Positions 42,076-55,260 of a stretch of 64,000 nt of DNA are shown in pieces. Numbering within the stretch: the first letter of the stretch is position 1; each line of letters starts with the position of its first letter. Source of the DNA: the human T2T-CHM13v2.0 reference genome, Homo sapiens. The translations under genes were made by a program, and so were the position numbers. Under the pieces are notes generated by a model. It was given only the letters and a program-made list of their open reading frames with translations. It searched no databases and had not been told where the DNA came from. The stretch is taken from assembly GCF_009914755.1 (NCBI RefSeq), contig NC_060932.1. One strand, 5' to 3'.

Positions 42076-44130
42076 TGTAAATGCTGCAACAACTCTCAGG
42101 CAGGGCTTGCATTTCATGACATCCAAGTCAGAGGCATTGCCAGGTAGAGGATGTGTTGGTAATAAGCATATTGGTATTGCAGGAGGTGGGAAAACAAGAT
42201 TGAGACATGAAATAATTGGGCACTTTCTTATCATGGAGCCCTCTTACAAAATGGAAATGTCTATCTTCATTTTCCTTCATGCATTGCAACAGTGAGTTAT
42301 ACATTTTTCATGAGAATTGAATGACTATACAGAAAAATATCTTCCTAGGGTGCAAATGGAAGAGTGGGATTTAAATTGCATTATGAGTTTCTCTATAGGA
42401 AATCCCTCTAAAACAGAAAGTCAGGTTCATAATCCTATGATACGGATACATACTTGGAAAGATGAGCATTCTTTATTTTACTTTGCCATGAAAAAGCAAC
42501 TCAAAACTTTGGAAACTTTCTGCATTCACCAGATAACTCCTTTTCAAAATCTTATTGAGTTTTATACCTCTGTACTATCCTTTTTTGTGATCAATGGGTT
42601 GGTCTCCTCTGATAAGCTGTAGGATAAAAATATGCCAGTGTATTATAGTGAGGGAAAATTAAAGTGCAATTTTCATTTCCTGGAAAAAAAAAAAAGCCCA
42701 CACAGTTTTAAAGCTCGAGTGAGGGACCTGCATCAGGAAGCCTTCATTCCAGACACTTCTATTTCAGAGCTGTGGACTCTGGAGCTGGACAAAACTAGGA
42801 AATGGAGAGTGTGATCACTTGATCTTCTAATCTGCCATTTCCCCTAAGGCACAATTATTGCATCTGTATTGGAAAATCATTGTGTTTGCTTTGTTGGACC
42901 CTGGTTGTCAGAAGTCTTTAATGCAATTAGCCTACTCAGTGCACATGGGGCTGGACTAATGTGCATACGAGGTAGGTGAAGAAGCTAAATTCTCAGAAGT
43001 CTTAAACATCAGATGGGCATTGTAGCGTGAGTTTCTTGTAGCATCGTCTCCATTAGAAGGGTTAGGAAATCCAGTGGAAAAAGTTCCTCTTACATACTCC
43101 TGCCCCAGAACCTTTAGCCCACGAAGTGAACTGTGAACCCATAGATGATCCTGATGCAGGGTCCCCTCAGCTACTGTACTCTTTCTGAAGCTGGGATAAA
43201 GGGACAGTTAGAGGACTGTTCAGATAGGAGAGCCTAATCAGAATTTTCTGACATCATGAAGCCCATCAACGTTGTACATATAGGAAATAAGTCTCATATT
43301 CAGCTTTTTGAAAATTTTATATAATCAAAGTCTCTCTCCACAGTGTAACAGATTTACAATTCCCTCTTCTACTTCCTACCTCACCACTAACACTCCATGT
43401 CATACAACTGGGAATAGAGGCAATTAACAGAAAAATAAAAGGAGAAGACATTTTCAGCATTTATCTTGGTGTTTAATCTAGTGATTATATCTTCCACTGG
43501 GAACACTGAATATGTGATAATATGCATATGCATATACTTATTATTTCTTTTCTCAGCATCGATGATTTTGTGAATCCCCTGTGTGTGAAAGTTTGTGTAA
43601 ATAAAAGTGTTTCTGCACAGAAGGTCCATCTCATTCATCAGATTTTTAAAAAGGGTTTTTTTTTAACCAAAGTTCAAGAATCATTACTATAAGCCACACC
43701 TATAGTTGTATTTTGTTTTGTGTTTATGTAATATATGTCACACACACATACATATACATATCTATGTATGACATATTAGCATATATTTGTTTTAAGTTAA
43801 TTGTTAAAACTATATTTATTATTCAATATTGGGTTAGGGCTCAGATAGTCTCTTTTTTTCCTCTGAGATTTTAGATTTAAAGAATCACTTCAGATATATC
43901 TAGGAAGCCATTTCCATACCCATTCCTTCAAGAGATACACGGAAGTTAAACCAGATGAGAGTCACGGCAAGTGTTTGCAACTAGCTAGTTCACTGTGAAA
44001 TTCTGGTCATGGTGCCTGCATTAGGTAGTTATGGAGATCTGAAGGTAAATATCAGAAGCTGGGCCGAGAGGCAGTCACTGCTGAATCCAGGGAGAGGGCA
44101 GGGGTGGCAATGAGAGCCGGACTGCTTTTC

Positions 44131-44150
44131 TGGCCCCCTGCAGGTGGCAC
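44131..44150. promoter_or_regulatory. Candidate CTCF binding motif readable on both strands
   Basis: Plus strand CCTGCAGGTGGCAC and minus strand CCTGCAGGGGGCCA compared with the core CCASYAGRKGGCRS; motif match only. Confidence 0.45.
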
Positions 44151-45329
44151 AGTGCTAGCCTGTCCTGATTTAAAGGTGCCGCATATCTTCTGATGAATCC
44201 AGATGAACCAAATCAGGCCCCAGTCTAGGGTCTGGACAGAGTAAGTTCTTTATGGGACATAGGGCAAGCATTCTTATACTGCCTCCAGACCACGCATAAT
44301 CAGTAAAACTCATTTATGGGTATTTTCAGGAAAACAAAGTAAACTAAATAAAAAGTATTATTTGACAGATGTTACTAGCTTTGCACGAAAATATGTTACC
44401 TGATCTGGACTCTATTTTTGGTCTAAAATTTCTTGTGTTATTTACATTTATGAGAATGAGCATTTTCTACAAAGAATTGAGGAGAAACTTACTATTTAAA
44501 TATAAAACAACAGTGAAGTGAATATGTAAATAAATATATGCAAATGCAGGCCATATATAAAAATACAGAACTAATCTATGACAACTTTATAAAATCTGCA
44601 AAACTAAACTTAAAGGTCTTTGGATATTCACGATTGGAGCCAAATGTAAATAGCACATGCAGATATAATTAATGATATTTAAAAGAACACATTTCATATT
44701 TACAGACTCCAACAAAGCAATCATCCTTTCTATAACATCATTCAGTATTATTTTTTAACTTGTTGGAAACTTTCTCATTATATATAAGTTATCTCAAAAG
44801 TTATTTTCAAGATCATTATTCTTAAACCCACCCTCCTTAGAAAGAGGCCTTAAAGAGAAGTTAGTAATTTAAATGGTTTTGACTATAACAGATATAACTT
44901 TGATATTGATTACATTTACTCAGAAAGGTATCATAATCAAAATACCTTTGAGGAAAAAATGTTCTTGGCATAATACTAAACACGTAAGAGCTGCTCTAAT
45001 TATGTTTAACATTTTTGGCACAGTGACAAATTCCTGTGGTATTTAAAATTACAGTGGGAAAGGTTTTTTCCAAAGTGGTTTCTAAAATAAATAAAACCCG
45101 TACACAACAGGCATGCACGTATTGCTATAATCTCACGTGAAGCAAAAAGCTTCTTCATCCACAGAGGAAGATGATGAACCCAACCCAAGCTCAGTCCCCA
45201 GATAAGAGGCAAGGGCCACAGCTAGCAGGACACAGAATGCCCAAAGGGGGTCTCCAAATCACTGGCTGTAGGAGACCAAAAACTTGTGTGGCAGCAACAG
45301 CAGGAAATCTTCACTGAAGAATAATTTAT

Positions 45330-45570
45330 TAATTCATTGGTTGAAACATTCAATCATTCATTCAGCAGATGTCATTAACAAGCTTACTATTTGTCAGACA
45401 TTATGCTAGGGGCAGAGGGATATCACCACCCTGCCTTGTGAAGATTTCAGTCTGGTGAAAGAGAAAAGCCACTATAGTACAAGGAATAAGTACAATGATA
45501 AGGAAATTTGTTCAAATCGGAGCATGGATGCCAAGATAGAAGTTGTCTCATAAGCCTAGGTGAACACAGG
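45330..45570 (-). mobile_element. L2 3' fragment
   Basis: 'cattcattcagcagatgtcattaacaagcttactatttgtcagacattatgctagggg'. Confidence 0.6.
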
Positions 45571-45769
45571 TCAGGCAAGAGGCTTTGAAAAGCCACCATG
45601 CAGCCACCTAGTGGAACTTTTATTCATATGATTGGTTGTCAGAACATTCGTGAAGCAATATAAGTAGCCTAGTGATCTGTTTTAAAGCACTGATTCCTAC
45701 CAGGTCATGATATAAACTTCCAATAAGAATAGTGAGAACTGCAAGTTATGAAATGCTAGCCACAATGTT

Positions 45770-46010
45770 TGCCACTATTTATTAAGAACTGGTTATGTAC
45801 CAGGAATTAGGCTACATGCTTTAAGGGCATATTTTACCTCATATCCAGACACTGTTTTGAGAATTTGCCATGTATTATTACTACTTACAACCACCTTGTA
45901 TGATTGTTATTATTATTCCATCTTCTAGATGGGAAAGCAAAGGATAAATGAGATTTAATAACATGTTCAAGCTTGTACATGGCATATTCAGAATTAATCC
46001 CTGGGCCCAT
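45770..46010 (-). mobile_element. MIR-derived sequence
   Basis: 'ccactatttattaagaact...', 'ttattattccatcttctagatgggaaag'. Confidence 0.55.
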
Positions 46011-46879
46011 CTAGCAGAAAATCTCTTTCCTTAGTGTTCATTGTGCATCAAAATACTCCTGTCTCAAGAATGACTGATTTGGAACCTGGGGCTTTAAAGC
46101 CAACTGCAGACAAATCTTGGAGAAGCCAGGACAAATGAAGCAAAAGTGGACACACAACATATTTTAAACATCTCAGATTCAATTAATAGTATTATAACAC
46201 TAACAACAAAAACAATCACAATGGCAGCTCTAATGTACTAGACTTGTACTATGTGCTGGTTGTAAAGTGATAGCAAACATCTGATATTTTCACCAACCAG
46301 TATCTATTCATCCTTTTTCTGATAACAGAACCTCATCTATTTTGGGTGGGATATATCTGCCCACCTTGGGCTCCCATCTAAAACTTCAGGCTTGAGTGCA
46401 TGATCCAGGTCTAGCCACACAACACCATGGTGGTTTTTATGGAACTGCCACATGACCCATCTTAGGCCATTTGAGAGTCATCTTAAGGACTTTACCTGGT
46501 GTTGTCCACAAAAATACTCATACTGGTCAGATAAAATACCAAACCTGGAATACCCGACCTTCATGATTAACCTGTGAATTAGAAAACAAACATAATTAAT
46601 AACTCAATGGGGTATTTAGCCATGTTAAATTCTCAATAAACCTTCTGCACATTTTTTCAAAACTCCATAAAATTGCCATATGAAGGTTTACCAGTTATTA
46701 TCAATATTAGAATATACTACCAAATTTTGATTGAAAAATAATCCTCCTCTCTTTATCAGTGAAATACAAAAATAAAATTTGTATGTTTGACTTCATTTAC
46801 TCATCATATTTTATTTCTAAATATTAGTTAAGATATATAAAAATATTTATTCTATTTATTTGTCTGTGGTTTGTTGTTT

Positions 46880-48200
46880 GCTGGAGGCAGTCTATGCTGT
46901 GGATTTAGTGTCACATAATCCTGATTTTAAATCCTGGTTCTACAAAAGCAAAAACTGACAAATAGGATCTAATTAAACTAAAGAGCTTCTGCACAGCAAA
47001 AGAAACTACCATCATAGTGAACAGACAATCTACAGAATGGGAGAAAATTTTTGCAATCTATCCATCTGACAAAGGTCTAATATCCAGAATCTACAAGGAA
47101 CTTAAACACATTTACAAGAAAAAACAAACTTAAACACATTTACAAGAAAAAGCATACAATTCCATTAAAAAGCGGGCAAAGAACATAAACAGACACTTCT
47201 CAAAAGAAGACATTTATACGGCCAACAAACACAAAAAAGCTCAACATCACTGATCATTAGAGAAACGCAAATCAAAACCACAATGAGATACCATCTCATG
47301 CCAGTCAGAATGACAATTATGAAAAAGTCAAGAAACAACAGATGCTGGCAAGGCTGTGGAGAAATAGGAATGCTTTCACACTGTTGTTGGGAATGTAAAT
47401 TAGTTCAACCATTGTGGAAAACAGTGTGGTGATTCCTCAAAGACCAAGAACCAGAAATACCATTTGACCCAGCAATCCCATTACTGGGTATATACCCAAA
47501 GGATTATAAATCATTCTATTATAAAGATACAAGCACGTGTATATTCATTGCAGCATTTTTCACAATAGCAAAGACATGAAATCAACTCAAATGCCCATCA
47601 GTGATAGACTGGATAAAGAAAATGTGGTACATATACACCACGGAATACTATGCAGGAAAGGAATGAGAAAGGAATTAGAAAGGAATGAGAGCATGTTTTT
47701 GCAGGGACATGGATGGAGCTGGAAGCCATCATCCTCAGCAAACTAACACAGGAACAGAAAACCAAACACCACATGTTCTCCCTTCTAAGTGTGAGATGAA
47801 CAATGAGAACACATGGATACAGGGAGGGGAACAACACATACTGGGGCCTGTTGGCGGGGTGGGGGGAGGGAGAGCATCAGGATAAATAGCTAATGCATGC
47901 AGGGCTTAATACCTAGGTGATGGGTTGATAGGTGCAGCAAACCACCATGGCACACATTTACCTATGTAACAAACCTGCACATCCTGCTCATGTGTCCCAG
48001 AACTTAAAAAATAAAAAAAAATAGATCCTGGTTCTGATCATTATTAACTAACCCACCTTTGTAAGTTACTAGGCCACACTGTGTCTCATTTTCTTCACTT
48101 AAACAATTGAGATAATAATAGTCTTCTACAGGATTTGAGAGGATTAAGTGAAGTAATATTTGTAATATGGCGTGATGCCTGGTCCAATGCACAATAAAGA
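46880..48200 (+). mobile_element. MIR split by an L1 insertion
   Basis: 'cctgattttaaatcctggttct' resumes after 48023 with 'gtaagttact...tgtgtctcattttcttcac...gaggattaagtga'. Confidence 0.7.
46942..48022 (+). mobile_element. 5'-truncated LINE-1 3' end (L1PA7-10-like, similar to the element at 1-2504)
   Basis: ORF2 C-terminal and 3' UTR sequence with A tail; TSD atcctggttct at 46931-46941 and 48025-48035. Confidence 0.95.
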
Positions 48201-49420
48201 TTAGGATCTCTCCGTCCTTCTATCTGCTGAGGCAAGACTGTTCTACCTTGTTCAGATTGCATCCTGAAATAGGATGCCTAAGATATGCATTTCCTTTTCC
48301 AACTAATCATGGAGAATAATAAGTAATTAAGGAATGTAAGATCAGAATAAACAAAATTCCTGAAGACATTTGGTTTGCAGAATGTCAGTAATTCAATACA
48401 GAAATTAATTCTATAGTTCGTAAAAACCCATGATGTTTGTGTCTAGAGTTCTTGAATTGCATCTCCCCCTAAAATCTATATCAATAACAGCCCACAGGAA
48501 AGTCCAGGCTCATGAATCAGGGATGTATAATTACCTACTCGAATTTCTACTGTTCCTTTTGTGTGAGAGGTGACCAAGCACCCAGAAATCCCAGGGGGAG
48601 AGAGCTGGTGGGTAGCTCCTTGTAGCCATTGACTTTAATATGTCTAATTTCAGTTGTGCCTTTTCTCATTTTCACACAATTGATTTAAATTCATTTTTCC
48701 TCTCTCTTTACTTCCTCTCCTTTTCTATCCTTGTCTTTTTCCTACCTCTTCCTCTTTCCTAGTTTCTTATTAGATTTTCCAAATTTTCTGTCTTGCCATT
48801 TATCATTTGATATGGGCTATTCATTGCTTATTGTGAATGTCAGGACTCACCTTAACTTTTAGATTCATATCATCCCAGAGTGAGAGGCCATCCTTTGTCC
48901 TCTGCATAAACCACCTCCAGAACAGTTTTCATAGATGATCATCTTTACTGAGCCTGTCAAGTGGAAGAAACTTTCTTTAGGATGCCATTCATGGTATTGT
49001 CAGAGAGCTCTAATATTTAGAAAGACCTTCCCTATATTTATACTAAATTTAACTCCCTGTTATTTCTGCTGACTGATCTAGTGGGGTATACTGGCAGTCT
49101 TTTCTTTATGGTAGTCTTTTCAATATCTGAAAATGCCAATTATATCCCCCATGAGTCTCCTTCTGCTGCAGGAACACATTTTCCATTTTGTTCTTGCCAG
49201 TTTGGCCCATTATTATAATCTGTCTGTATAAACTGGATGTTGTTCTTGGGCCCTGGATCTTGGCCTAACCCCCATGTTCTTCCTCCCCACATCATATGCT
49301 GAAATAATGCTTAACGTGCATCTATTGTCCAGGAAATCTTATATAATTTTAGAACACAGACAACCCAAGCCCACTTTTCCCTCGCTGGTTCCCTAAGGAT
49401 GCAACATCACCCTACGGGTA

Positions 49421-49948
49421 TGAAAGAGTGAATATACAAAGAGCATCCAGACCATACATAAAAATAGACCTTTTAATTCATAATCTGCAGCAACCAACTC
49501 AGGAAACTAACCCCTTATCCACAGTGACAGGGCAGGAAGCCACCTGCTAAACACAGGTCAGACTATTAGTGACAATCCAGAAAGCCAAAAAGTAATCCCT
49601 TAAAAATCAGCCCAAAATGATGAGGACATGATTAATAACTGCCAGCTTCCCTAATTTTGTTCCCACTTCCAGCTTAGGACCAACCAAAGAAAGCCAGATG
49701 TGCCCTCCTAACCATCACATAGCATGTCCCGCTTTTAGTTAACCGTGTCCAGCTTCCCCCATGCCAATAGCTTCTGCTCAAGGCATACCTGAAGCCGTCC
49801 CTTTTCTTCCACTACAAAGTGTTCTCCCTTCTCTGCCTGACTTTGAGTCTCTGCCAAAACACAATGACAGTGGCTGACTTCCTTGCTATAACAAGCTCTG
49901 AATAATTAGCCTTTGTTCTCATTGTGTTGGTGCTCATTTATTTCCACA
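49421..49948 (+). mobile_element. ERV1 solo LTR (MER34-family-like)
   Basis: TG...CA ends ('tgaaagagtg' ... 'tttatttccaca'); perfect 4-bp TSD ggta on both sides. Confidence 0.82.
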
Positions 49949-50844
49949 GGTAGGAGTTTAATGGAATAAAGGGGTGATTTTTCCATAGAGGAAATGTAGA
50001 CTTTTTTACATCGGGAAAACATGTCACAGAAACAAAAATATTTTCTAATTAACACTGAGAAAGATGCAACGTTTTATCTGAAAAGGACATTAGGTTCTCC
50101 AGATCCAAGTCTGATTTTCTCTCTAGTAGACCACACTGCCTTGATATTAATTCCCTCTTAAAAGTCTTGTTTCAACCTCAGCCATTCTTCCTTCTCCTTT
50201 CAGTCCTCATCTCAACCTAGGCCATGATATAGAGGCATTTCAGAGAAAAATAAACAAGAGAAGACATTCCTCTCTGCTTTATTTTATAAATACATTGTGA
50301 AAATGATTTCCTCACCCCATTTTATCCCAGGATATTACTATGTGCCAAGAAAAATCTATATCCACTTAATTTTTAGCTGAAAGAGAAAAGACATTGTGAA
50401 CTAGTTATTTAAGCAGCTATCTCGAGCTTTTAGAAGGTCAGTAAAAGCTTTTTTCCTGGAATTTTTCTATACAAATGTATCATCAAAAATGATGATTTAA
50501 CCTTATAAATGAAAGTTAATTTTATGCTATTGAATGAAAATCAGGGCAGGGTAGGTGGAGCCAGAAAATAAAGTCATTGAAGACAGTATAATTTTAACCA
50601 TTTTCAACTAAAAATCTTGATGTTGTGGAAAAGAGAAGGGAGTGATGGCGGGGAAATTGAGGAAGCCTTTGGCAAGGGATGGAGAGATAGCTGCTTGGCT
50701 TCACTCTCCAGGGACTTTATAAGATACAGAGCATTGCCAGTGTCCATCCATAGCCAAAGACCAATAGCTTCCAAGAGGGTTGTGGTTCAAGGCACTGGTA
50801 GAAATAAATGCCAAAAGGCTTTGATCTTTCTATTCCGCAACTTA

Positions 50845-51085
50845 TAGCTACCATTATACTTATCATTATTTCATGTCTACTATGTGCTAAATGTTGTATT
50901 AGGTATATACATTATCTTATTTAATTTTTATTTAACATTAACTCCATGAAGTCAGTGCTGTTAATTACCCTCATTTGGTGAATAAAGAAACTGAAGCTCA
51001 AAGAGACTATTGAATTTGCTCAAGGTCAAAGGATTATAAGAGGCAGAGCTGAGATTTGAACTCAGTTCCATCTGTATTCCTAAGT
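50845..51085 (-). mobile_element. MIR
   Basis: 'ctactatgtgctaaatg...gaaactgaagctcaaagag...aatttgctcaaggtca...ggcagagctgagatttgaactcag'. Confidence 0.8.
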
Positions 51086-52945
51086 CTGGGGCATAGCCCC
51101 ACATCTGTCAGTTCACAATCTGGGGTTCGGGTGTGAGGTGCAGCACTGCTCTGCGAAGACAGGCAGTCTTGGAATTCTGCATCGCAATGGTTGAAAGCTT
51201 GGTTGCAGGGGCTAATATAAAACTAGGAAGGCAAGAAGCATCACTAACCCCTACCTGAAAAACAATAAAATAAACAATAATGTTGATCCTGATATTTAAC
51301 AGCATGTTAAAAACCTTTGGCATTTGTAGCATTGTTCTGAAGACATGACATATAGAAGGTGTATTTACATGAAGAATACCATCAACTGCTGAGTTGTTCT
51401 CTGTCTTTTGATTTTTGCCTCCCCCGCTGAGCTGCAGCAGTGATGAAATTGATGCACCGCAGATAAAAGGCATGCATTGTTTGTTGACAGTAGTTATCTA
51501 ACTTATTTTTCAGGTGCGTAGGCAGAAAGTGGTTAAGTCACTTACCAGTTTTCATAAAATAAGTCAGAAATGGAATAAGAAGGAGAACTCAGATACTTTA
51601 TATCATCAGGGCTGGCTTCAGGTTTCCTAGACTACACAATCTATGTGACAGCAGATAACAGAATCAGTCAGAAAAGAAATATTAAATGGAATCATTTAAA
51701 ATATTGTTTAAATGTTAAAGGAAATTATCACAAATGAATCTTTGTGGCAGAAACAAATTAAAATTATTAAAACAGAATAGCTTTTATCCTTCCACAGAAT
51801 GCAATTTTACCTGACAGCTATGTTTTGATAGAATCTTCTATTTGATTTTTGGTGACTTAATGGAATAAAGTCATTATTTCAGTCACAACAGTATATAGAA
51901 AAGATAATTAGAGTTGATAAGTATAAAGACAATTGCAAAAGTGAAAAAGTGTGACACTGAAAATTTCTGTTTTGTGGAAAGTGTTCCAAATTCTTGGGCA
52001 CAAAAAATTAAAAACACAATGGGGCATGTTTTCTTGTTGATACTAGCTAAATGTGCAGGTCAGATTTCACATTGGAACAAGGCAAATCATAAAGTGTCCA
52101 GGTTCCAACATCATAAAACGTCTACAAGGAAGTCTCCCAATTTATTCCTTAATAACCTGCATTTTCACTCATTTCTCCATGTAACACATAACTTACAGAT
52201 ATAGGTAAATATAACACTGATGGTTAAAAATGCTGTAGAAGAAAGTGATATTGTGAGCTAGTGGTGGCTCCTGTTTGGTTATGCTTTCACTGTCTGTACC
52301 TATGAGAAGCCCTAAGCACTTGGAAATTAGGTTTCCCTTTGAATTTCATACTGTAAATCTCCACACAAAACATATGACATTAATGACTTGTGTCTCTAAA
52401 CACACATCCTACAAGTTTGCATCTCAAACCTCAGTGTATCCTGGATTTAACTTCAGGGAGACAAAGATGCAATTATTAATAAGGAAATTAATTGATTATA
52501 CTTATATCCTTCTTGGAGAAAGACTACAAATGGGAAGAAACTGGCTGGATAGAAATGGTAGACCAAAGATTCCATTCAAGCACAGAATATGGGAGAAGAC
52601 GGCCTCTGGGGACATCAGAACCATCCTGAATTAATTCTCTCCCTGGGCAGAGCATGCTTCAGAACCCGAAATTACTCAAACTTTGAGCCAGGCAACCAAC
52701 TCTTCCCTATGCCCACCAAGAAGACTGCTTGCAGTTAGCCTTCCGATATACTAGTGAGGTCAGGGCCAGCATCCAATTCACTTGATAGCACTATTTCTCG
52801 TTAGAAATTAATACCTTACATTCTGGTGATTTTTTTTTTAGTATGAATTGGCACCTCAAAGTCAGTTCATTGCTGGAACATTAACAATATCAAGTTTCTC
52901 AGCCTATAATGTGAAGGACCACACCTTGGGCAAAGTTGAACTTAC

Positions 52946-53920
52946 TGTTACAGGATTCCTTTTGGTACCACTTTACCAGCCAGAAATCTCTGTGGCTGCC
53001 ATGACCACTGCCTGCAGCCTCACTCCAGTCCACCAGGCTCACTCCACCCAGCCGGCTGCACTCAGCTCGTGACGCAGCCTGGATCCCATGCCCCAACAGG
53101 GACTCTGCACTCAGCCCACAGCTGCATTGGGCATGCTGCAAGCGGTTTTCACATTGGGCGTCAGCGTCTAGACAAGGGGAGCATGGTGGCACCCAAAAAC
53201 TCAGATGTGCCAGCAACAGCAGAGCTCCTAGGGGTGTTACGGCTCTCACCCAGGGAGTCCTGAGGTCTGAGTTCCCAAAAAATGTGGCAGCTTTCATAGT
53301 TCAGTGAGCAGGCCAGAGCGAATGGCGCCCAATGGCTTCGGTTCTTTGTGCCTACAGATGAGCAAACGGCGGCATGTTACAACTCTCTCGTTCCCACCAC
53401 CCACAGCTCGGCAAAGAGGTGTGTGTTACAGCTTTCTTCACGCCTGACACCAGCAGCCCAGCAAACAGGAGCATGTTACGACTCTCTTCACACCCGCCAC
53501 CTGCAGCTCAGGGAGTTCTGGGTTCTGCAAGGCAGAGAAAAATTTTATTGAGCGACAGAAAAGCTCTCCACACGAGAGGGCACCCAAAGTGGGTAGCCCT
53601 CTGTGTAAGAGAAGACCCGAAATCAAGTAGCCCTCCTTGAGACTGAATCCCGGGATTTTATGGGCTCAAAATGGGGGGACTATGTGCTGATTGGTCCATG
53701 GCTGGTCTTTGGAAAAAAGCATCATTCGATTGGTTAAAAGGCATCATTATGTATAGAGAGAGGGTAAGACGGACACAAAAGTTTTCACTATGTTTGTGGA
53801 CACTATCTGGAACCAGCAGCTTGGTTTTCAGGCTTTAAACTGTCTTTGGCTTGAAGGTTGGTTTTCACCAGGGACCCATCCCTGTCTGCCTAGGAATTTG
53901 CCTGTCTCCTGTCGCTGTCA
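52946..53920 (-). mobile_element. ERV1 solo LTR (LTR27/LTR28/LTR1 group)
   Basis: Minus strand begins 'tgacagcgacaggagacaggcaaattcctaggcagacaggg' and ends 'cctgtaaca'; TSD ttac/tcac. Minus-strand CCAAT boxes (~53690, ~53730), TATA-like CATAAAA (~53656-53662) and AATAAA (~53544-53549) occur in LTR order. Confidence 0.85.
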
Positions 53921-55029
53921 TCACTAATTCTAAAACTATCTTAGTGCTCTTGAGGGATGGAGGACTCTTAGGTGCCCTCTGACCCACTGCTAGTTCCCCT
54001 AGGCTCTGTGAAAGACTCCAGCTGCAATTGCTCTGAAAGTAGGTGGAGAATTTGGGGTAAAGAAATAAAGAGAAAGGGACTGCACTCATTAAGGAACATT
54101 ATAAGGAAATTCAGAAATCAGAAACAGGACTAGATTAAAAATTCAAATTTTAAACTTCCAAGTTCTTTCATATAAGTAGTTATTTCAACTCTAAGGCATT
54201 CTTTGCCTCAGCATTTCAGAATCTAAATGATAAAGTGTCGCTTCTTTAACAGTCATTTGCTGTACAAATATGAGTCATTATCATCAGATTTTTAAAGAGT
54301 TTCTTTACTGGCTTCTACATACAATTTTGAAGCTTCATGTAGTTGCTAGAAATGGTTTTGTACTAGAATATGTTGCATCAGTAATTTGTTGCTTTTATCT
54401 TTGGTTACTTTCTAAAGTCAGCATTTATGCTTTTCATTATCATAACTTACAAATTATTACAGATTAGTTTATTTTAACATAAAGCTCTTTTCCTTTTATT
54501 TAAAAAAATTCTTTAGTACTTTTTGACGTAGTGGGTGGAAAATATCTAGAGTATAGAACTTACTGTTAGAACAAAAAACCACCTACTTACAAAGATGTCC
54601 CCTTTGTGTGATAAATTAACCCTTATTAAGTTGTATTTCATTTTGGTCTCAGCTCCAACGTGGTCATCTCTGGTTTGTTAGAATTTAATTAGACCCCTCA
54701 GGATATTTATATCTTTAAATAACAGCCAAGACGTTCTTATGACTTCCAGTATGTCCTAAGTTAACAGAAAGAGCATAATCTTTTGTACTCAGAGCCTTAT
54801 TTAAACGGGCTGTGAAGATGAAAACCTAAGTAATGAATGAGCAAGATTCAAAGCTATATTCCGCAGATCCCAGAGACTGTGAGTGATCAAATCAAAGCCA
54901 AAGTGGACACAGACTTAAAATAGAGTCAGACGAAGATAGCAAAATGGGCTCATAACCAGCCAATATATCAGTTAGTCAGTTGGACTTTTGATTAGTAAAT
55001 TGTTTTAAAAGTGCTTTGCAAGGTATCAT

Positions 55030-55260
55030 ATCAGAGCATGAATCAGTGGACAAGTATGAGATTTGGATTCAAATACCTCTTGAGAGCCAGTGGTTTTATG
55101 TAAGCACACTTGCTTCTCTGAGCTCTAATCTTCTTACCAACAAACTTATTTTAATACCTAGCTCACAATCAATTTTAGAAGTAAGTAGAATTATATATAA
55201 ATTATGAAATATAATACCTGGCACCTATTAATCCTTCAGTTAGTGTTAGCTATTATTATC
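55030..55260 (+). mobile_element. MIR
   Basis: 'gagatttggattcaaatacctc...cacttgcttctctgagc...cctggcac...gtgttagctattattat'. Confidence 0.6.

Noticed and set aside
51497-51520. Plus-strand 'ctaacttatttttcag|g' branch point and acceptor
   Set aside because: The branch point is very close to the AG, and I found no convincing partner donor or open frame.
52848-53640. Cluster of overlapping ORFs (up to 132 aa)
   Set aside because: They lie almost entirely within a GC-rich solo LTR, where stops are rare, and show no gag/pol/env similarity.
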